A stretch of 55,402 bases of DNA, filler included, from Catajapyx aquilonaris (Eukaryota): assembly GCA_000934665.2 (NCBI GenBank). It is 3 parts of 3 records of this genome, joined end to end, with 100 filler letters (N's around TTAATTAATTAA, not from the genome) between each part and the next. Parts side by side here need not be neighbours in the genome. Positions count along the whole stretch, not along the records: positions 37,012 to 55,402 come from JYFJ02006713.1; 2 more parts are not named here. One strand, given 5' to 3'. Within the stretch, counting starts at the first letter, position 1, and every line of letters begins with the position of its first letter. Positions 50,120 through 55,402 of the stretch are shown here, in pieces. The translations under genes and the position numbers were made by a program. Under the pieces are notes generated by a model, which was not told the origin of the DNA, made no database searches, and was given only the letters and a program-made list of their open reading frames with translations.

Positions 50120-51470
50120 GCTCGGTCAGGAAGAAACATAACGACGGATAATTGGTATACTAGCATTCCTCTGGCAAAACCTCTGATAAATGTGAGATTG
50201 ACACTTGTGGGGACACTGAAGAAAACTAAACGAGAAATCCCGCCCGAATTTCAACCACATAAGTCAAGACCAGTCACAGAATCTTTTGGTTTTTCTGGCC
50301 CTCTCGCAATGGTTTCTCACGTGCCTAAAAATCCAAGTCAGATATTTTATAGTCCAGTATGCATTCTGCCACACGGATTGATCCGGACTCGGGTGATAAA
50401 AGAACACTGGAGATGATTTACTTTCTATAACAGAACCAAAGGAGGAGTTGATGTGGTGGATAAGATGACGGCACATTTTACAGTCTCCAGATGCGCACGG
50501 CGATGGCCGATGGCAGTCTTTTGTCACCTCCTGAATATTTCAGCAATCAAAGCTTACATATTGTTTAGCTGTAATACTGGGTTGGAAAACTCAAATACGT
50601 AAATTTCTAAAAACTTTGGCCAGAGAGCTTGTAAAAGACCACCAGCTGTTCCGAATGAATGATGGTCACCTGCCCAGAGAAACTAGAAGAAGATTGCAGG
50701 ACACTGGCAGAAATGTAGCTCCCCCGATATGCAGGAGAATCCTCCTCCAACGAAGAAGGCCCAGAAACGATGTTTCGTCTGCCCGCGCAAAGAAGACAAA
50801 AGAAGCCGAATGCAGTGTTCACTGTGCAACATTTGTGTGTCCGGGACATTCCAAGAAACAAATAACGTGTATTGACTGCCAAGAAGACAATGCTTGTAAT
50901 GAATCTGCCGACTGACTAGGGTGGGAGGCAGAAATTTTTCGGGGGGGGGGGGGGCGCAAAGCTTGTAAGCCAATTCAGGCTACAGTTGCGAGAAGAGGGG
51001 CAATAAATTCAAATGTGAAACCATGTCTTTTTAACCCTTCTTCTATCTGATTTAAAAAAATATTCTGTTAATATCATTATTTTTTTATTACTTTGCCCTC
51101 TCGGGGCTAGATATTTTGCATAACATACCAAAGAAAAATTAAAAGGGAAGTCGTGTGCCCGTCGCGTCGGAAAGAAAATCAGTCGGGCCCAACTCCCGGG
51201 GGTAGGGTGATTCCACCCCTTGGCGGCCTGGGATGCCACCAGGAGCAGCCAGACAGGATCTTGGTCGGGCCCCAACTACGCATTGCCGCCCAATTAATTT
51301 TTTCCTGGTCGTGCTATTTGCTCAATAATTTAAACTAAACGTCATTCAATACAGAAATAGTCAAACGAAAATGTTCTAAAAGATGAATCTCGAATGTCCT
51401 AAATTTTCCAAGTTATAGCAAAAAAAAAGTGTCGTTGGCCACAAAAAGTACCCACGTCACCGTCCGAGGG
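50120..51470 (+). pseudogene. piggyBac (PGBD4-like) transposase 3' half, frameshifted, with 3' terminus
   Basis: GRNITTDNWYTSIPLA, LVGTLKK.KREIP, FYNRTKGGVDVVDKM, RRWPMAVF, C-terminal Cys-rich domain; terminus ...ccgaggg|TTA(t). Confidence 0.88.
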
Positions 51471-51679
51471 TTATTTAGCCAATAAGGCCACTGTACACTT
51501 ATGTCACATCTTGAGCCTTATTTGGGCTGGTTGATAAATTGATAAATGTTTAATAAATTTTTTTAGCTGACTTGTGTGTTAATAAGTAATGACGAGAAGC
51601 TCTGATTTCTCTGGCCTTGTCGGTCAAAATCACCCTACTCATCTTTGGCAGGTCGAAAATACTGCAGTATAGTATATAG

Positions 51680-51847
51680 TAATAGCAGTAGTAGTAGTAG
51701 TACAAGAGGAAGTAGTAGTAGGAGTAGTACAAGAGGAAGTAGTAGTAGGAGTAGTACAAGAGGAAGTAGTAGTAGGAGTAGTACTGTAGTAGTAGTTGTT
51801 GTAGTGTAGTACTGTAGTAGTAGTAGTAGTAGTAGTGTAGTAGTAGT

Positions 51848-51882
<35 letters not shown>
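51680..51882. repeat. (TAG)n microsatellite with a 27-nt minisatellite (gtagtacaagaggaagtagtagtagga x3)
   Basis: direct reading. Confidence 0.92.
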
Positions 51883-52169
51883 TAAATATTCCTACGTACT
51901 ACTTGTGCCCATATAAACACGTGTGTTAAATTTAGTAAATTTCTGAATAGGTGAAACATCTGGAATTTTTTTGGGTCGATCTGTCATGGAGTAGCCTACG
52001 GATGACTCGCAGTAGGATGAAAAACCAGCCTCTTGTCTTTTGGATAGGGCTGCAGTGATTTGGGTCACATAACTGCGCACATACACAGAATAATAATGTA
52101 AACCTCAAAATAATGGATATGATATGCCTCCTTAGTTTGAAAGTTACACTCAAGAATTACAGTTAGATT

Positions 52170-52175
52170 TTTATT
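52170..52175 (-). terminator. Candidate polyadenylation signal AATAAA of the HMG-like gene
   Basis: ~180 nt downstream of the stop codon at 52356. Confidence 0.5.
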
Positions 52176-52355
52176 GTAATTTCAATTCAATTGGTCTTTC
52201 TGTCCTAAAACGGTAGCCACACATTTTGGTAAACAAGTAAAGTCATATCATCGGATTGCATGCCAAAATTGTCCTTAGGATTCTCATCCTTGGCAGTGTG
52301 CGCCAGTGAGCCACCATCACTTGAAAATGCGCTGCCAAGGTTTTCACCTCCTCTT

Positions 52356-53251
52356 CTATGTTCGTGGATGATCCTGGGTCTTCTCGGACACCTTTGAGGC
52401 CTTCTTGGGAACAGCTTTGGGCTGCCTCTCCTCGTTCCTGGCCACTTCCCTGAGTTTCAGCCTCCTCTTCTGGCCAGCAACACTGTGTTTGTTGTCCAGG
52501 ATGTCAAATGATGTCTTGCACAACCGTTTGTATATTTCCTGCAAATGGCATGTGCCAGATAGTATACACTCTGTCGGAATACAAGCATGAGTTGGCTTCT
52601 TACCTTTTCGGAGCCAGTCGGGGCAACGAAGTATTCTGGGTGTGCCTGAGCTTCATTCTTGTATTCTGCAACACGACATGCAGGAAGCTTGTCCCACCTC
52701 TGCAGGGCAACGGCAATCCACTCATCAGGATTTCCCTTTGGGAACTGCGACGAGATGGTCTGTAGTGAAAAGTGTGTCAGCATGTGCTGGCAGAAGTGAT
52801 ATCAGATGTTTAGGAAACTGATCAGTGTCACTAGGGTATATACCCTAGTGACACTGATCAGTTTCCTAAACAACTTCTAACAGTAATGGAATTGCCTGCT
52901 GTGACATGCCACTGGTAGTGACAGCATATATGATACCAATGCACTGACCGGCCTGACATCCACGTAGTAGAGTACAAATCCTGGGTTCATGGGGTGTCCC
53001 CTGCTGCGGGTGGTGGTCTCCCAGACTGCTCTTTGGGTCTCCACCATCGACAAACTGATGTCAGCCTGTCTCTGCCACGCGCCCTTCAGATCCCTCTCCA
53101 TGTTCCTCCAGCCCTCCATGGCTCTCCTCACAGCGTCTACTTTTCCCTCCGAGTCCACCTGGGGGCCTCGTAGTTCCACTCGCTCTATCACAGAAGCTTC
53201 AAAGAGGCTGTAACCGTCCACACGGTTGTCCACTGGGGGTGTCTTCACCAT
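52356..53251 (-). CDS. Three-exon gene, 213 aa, with two divergent HMG-box-like segments and a basic tail; complement(join(52356..52538,52604..52759,52949..53251))
   Basis: aaat-ATG-G start; CCG|GTCAGT...ttttcactacag|ACC and AAG|GTAAGA...atttgcag|GAA (65-nt intron), both phase 0; box 1 GYSLF...WRNM...KGAWQRQA; box 2 PMNPGFVLYYVDVRPTISSQFP...RWDKL...EYKNEA. Confidence 0.75.
52807..52872. repeat. Perfect 66-bp palindrome in intron 1
   Basis: tgtttaggaaactgatcagtgtcactagggtat|ataccctagtgacactgatcagtttcctaaaca. Confidence 0.95.
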
Positions 53252-53910
53252 ATTTATTTACGGTCCAAGGTATGTGTAAACTACAAATGAACGCACTCGT
53301 TCCAAACACGTCTACACTTGACTGGAGTGGAACTGCGAATGAACTAGTGTCAACAAACTCATGGGTTGCTTGGACCTTTGTTTATTCCAGTGTTGCTTAG
53401 CAATCAGGTAACATGGTAACATGCCTTGAGGACTACCAACGTAGGTTGACCCAGACCTTCAACCGTGTTCCCCTCCCGTTTACAAGCAAGCGCAGAAGTG
53501 GACCCAACATCTAGGAGGGGGGGGATCACGTGATTTATGGCAAGAGGGTGGCGGGAATACGGAATCTCGTGGAGCCTTATGGCAATTATGGCTAGCTTTG
53601 CGCAGTGACTGTGAAGCACCTATTGGGACTAAAAGTATGAAATGCATACCAAATAGAAGTTCCATTCAAGCTCCGTCTCATGCCGTGCATGTCCATCGGA
53701 GAGGTTGAGCAGGGAATATGTTACATGAGGACATACAAAACCCTACAATTTGTCACTGCTTCTCGCCGTAAGTGCTGTTTGTGTTACTACATCACTCAAA
53801 CAACCCCATTAACCCTGGAACCGTGACGTGGGGTTTTTTAGGACCCCAAAGGAATTAAAATGCATTAAAATGATAATTACAATGAACTTTGCCATTTTAA
53901 AAAGTATATA

Positions 53911-54790
53911 TGTTAGGCTCAAACCCCGAAAACGGCCATTGCGCGAAAAAACCGTCCATTCTGCAGAATGATCTGTGCCAAACCGTCCATTCTGCAGAAT
54001 GCTCATTTTCCAGCCATCCATTCTGCAGAATGGACGGTTTGACATGGAGCATTCTGCAGAATGGATGTTTTAAACTGCTTTAAACCGTCCATTCTGCAGA
54101 ATGCTCCTTTCTCAAACCATCCATTCTGCAGAATGGACGGTTTAATGAAACGCCCAGAGCCCGAAATGCTCTTTTGAAGGCCAGAACGCTTTCCTGGGCG
54201 AAACTTGCACGTCAGGACGCCAATTTCGTGTCGGGATGGCTGGTTTAGAAGTCGCCCATAACTGGTTGTGGCAGTTTCCTATTTCCCACTGTGCCATGTG
54301 TAGAAGCTGGAAATAAATCACCCTATTGTTGTTTGGCAAATGGTTGAAATACTTAACATTTGATGCTGCTGTTTATTTTCCAGGAACTATTACCTCCAAA
54401 TATTTATTACCATTATTACTAGTACATCATTTCCAAGAACGGTGTTACCTCCAAATATTTATAACCATTATTACTACCTTCTTCCAGGAACTCCTATCCT
54501 TCAATTATTAGTCTTATAGGTTTTTGCAGGCACTGTTCGGATGACACTTAGAATTGCACTTAATATTGCTTGATCGACATTTACATTTCTTATCAGTGCA
54601 GTACTTTTTGCAACTGCAACTTATGAATCCCTGCTTAATACCTGAACTTAGAGCTGAAGCCGATCGAAGAGATACAGAACTGGTGGAAGGAACTTCGTTC
54701 AGATCTATAAAATTGGAATCAGCAGGTGTGAACTCATTGCGAGCATACAGCCTCTCTAAAATGCCTTGTTTCGTGCCCAATTGGTAGAGT
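53911..54790 (-). mobile_element. 3' part of a Ginger-type (KRBA2/SCAND3-like integrase) DNA transposon
   Basis: ORF 54514-54780 GTKQGILERLYARNEF...QGFISCSC...C...CKC...CNSKCH...CKN; TGTTAGG terminus at 53911 followed by tandem subterminal repeats. Confidence 0.7.
53957..54135. repeat. Array of six 14-bp palindromes CATTCTGCAGAATG
   Basis: starts at 53957, 53988, 54019, 54050, 54090, 54122. Confidence 0.95.
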
Positions 54791-55402
54791 TAGAGGTGGC
54801 AGCACCTTCATTGCCTGTCTCTCCACAGCATGTGATAACATGCTTATGCCTAAACGCAACAAATGCCCCTTAAAAGGCCGCGTGAAAAGTGCTATCTGTT
54901 TCAAAACAACAACTTGTCCATCACTGCAGGAAGTTTGTCCTCCCTCCTGAAAATTAAAAGGTAGTGGAAAGTTCGAGGGAGCAGGGATTCGCAAGTCGCA
55001 GTTGCAAAAAGTACTACATTGATAAGAAATGTAAATGTCGTTCAAAGTAATACTAAATGTAATTCTGTGTGACTAACAAGGGAAGTGTCTGTAGGGCCAT
55101 CGGCCAATCGGCCCGAAAATGACACTAGGGGTAAATCGTAGGCCAGAAATTCATTGGGGAAAGTAAAAAGTCGCATTAGCCAAGCGTTTTCGAGATAGGT
55201 GCCCGGCAAACCTGCTCGGTGACAATGGGGTTCATTCGGCAGGAGAAATTATAAACAGTCTTCGTGGCTCAGTCGGTCGCATATTTATAATTTTCGCCCT
55301 TCCCAGGTGTTTAGCAACACTGCAAACAGGTTGACGTTGATATTTCGCTTCTCTCATTTGTGTCCTTGTCAACTCGCAATAACTGCTCAATGAAACCGCA
55401 AC

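Noticed and set aside
52571..52603. 33-nt alternative intron 2 in the HMG-like gene
   Set aside because: Too short for a typical intron; the 65-nt intron to 52539 has a good acceptor and a better downstream ORF
53957..54135. CRISPR-like regularly spaced palindromic repeats
   Set aside because: Eukaryotic context, 14-bp repeats, spacers short and similar to each other, no cas genes; explained as transposon subterminal repeats

Overview
This is AT-rich, repeat-dense eukaryotic genomic DNA. The transposable element (TE) families and short introns suggest an arthropod, probably an insect (inference). It has two 100-bp scaffold gaps carrying a TTAATTAATTAA linker. Much of the window is TE debris: Tc1/mariner derivatives and MITEs (miniature inverted-repeat elements), PIF/Harbinger, Kolobok-like, hAT-like and P-like non-autonomous elements, Transib, piggyBac and Ginger/KRBA2-like transposase remnants, Helitron pieces, LINE fragments, a Gypsy-type 3' LTR and several tRNA-derived SINEs. 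Two spliced host genes can be reconstructed by hand from splice sites and phase compatibility. (1) On the + strand (~19.8-32.0 kb) is a divergent, reduced Sec16-derived gene. It contains an internally duplicated two-exon module whose exons appear to have diverged more than the flanking introns, a MITE inserted in one exon, and a truncated C-terminus. (2) On the - strand (53251-52356) is an apparently complete 3-exon, 213-aa gene with two divergent HMG-box-like segments and a basic tail. Its intron 1 holds a perfect 66-bp palindrome, and an array of six palindromic TTC-N4-GAA motifs in a Ginger transposon end lies upstream. All family assignments are motif recognition by eye, not database searches.
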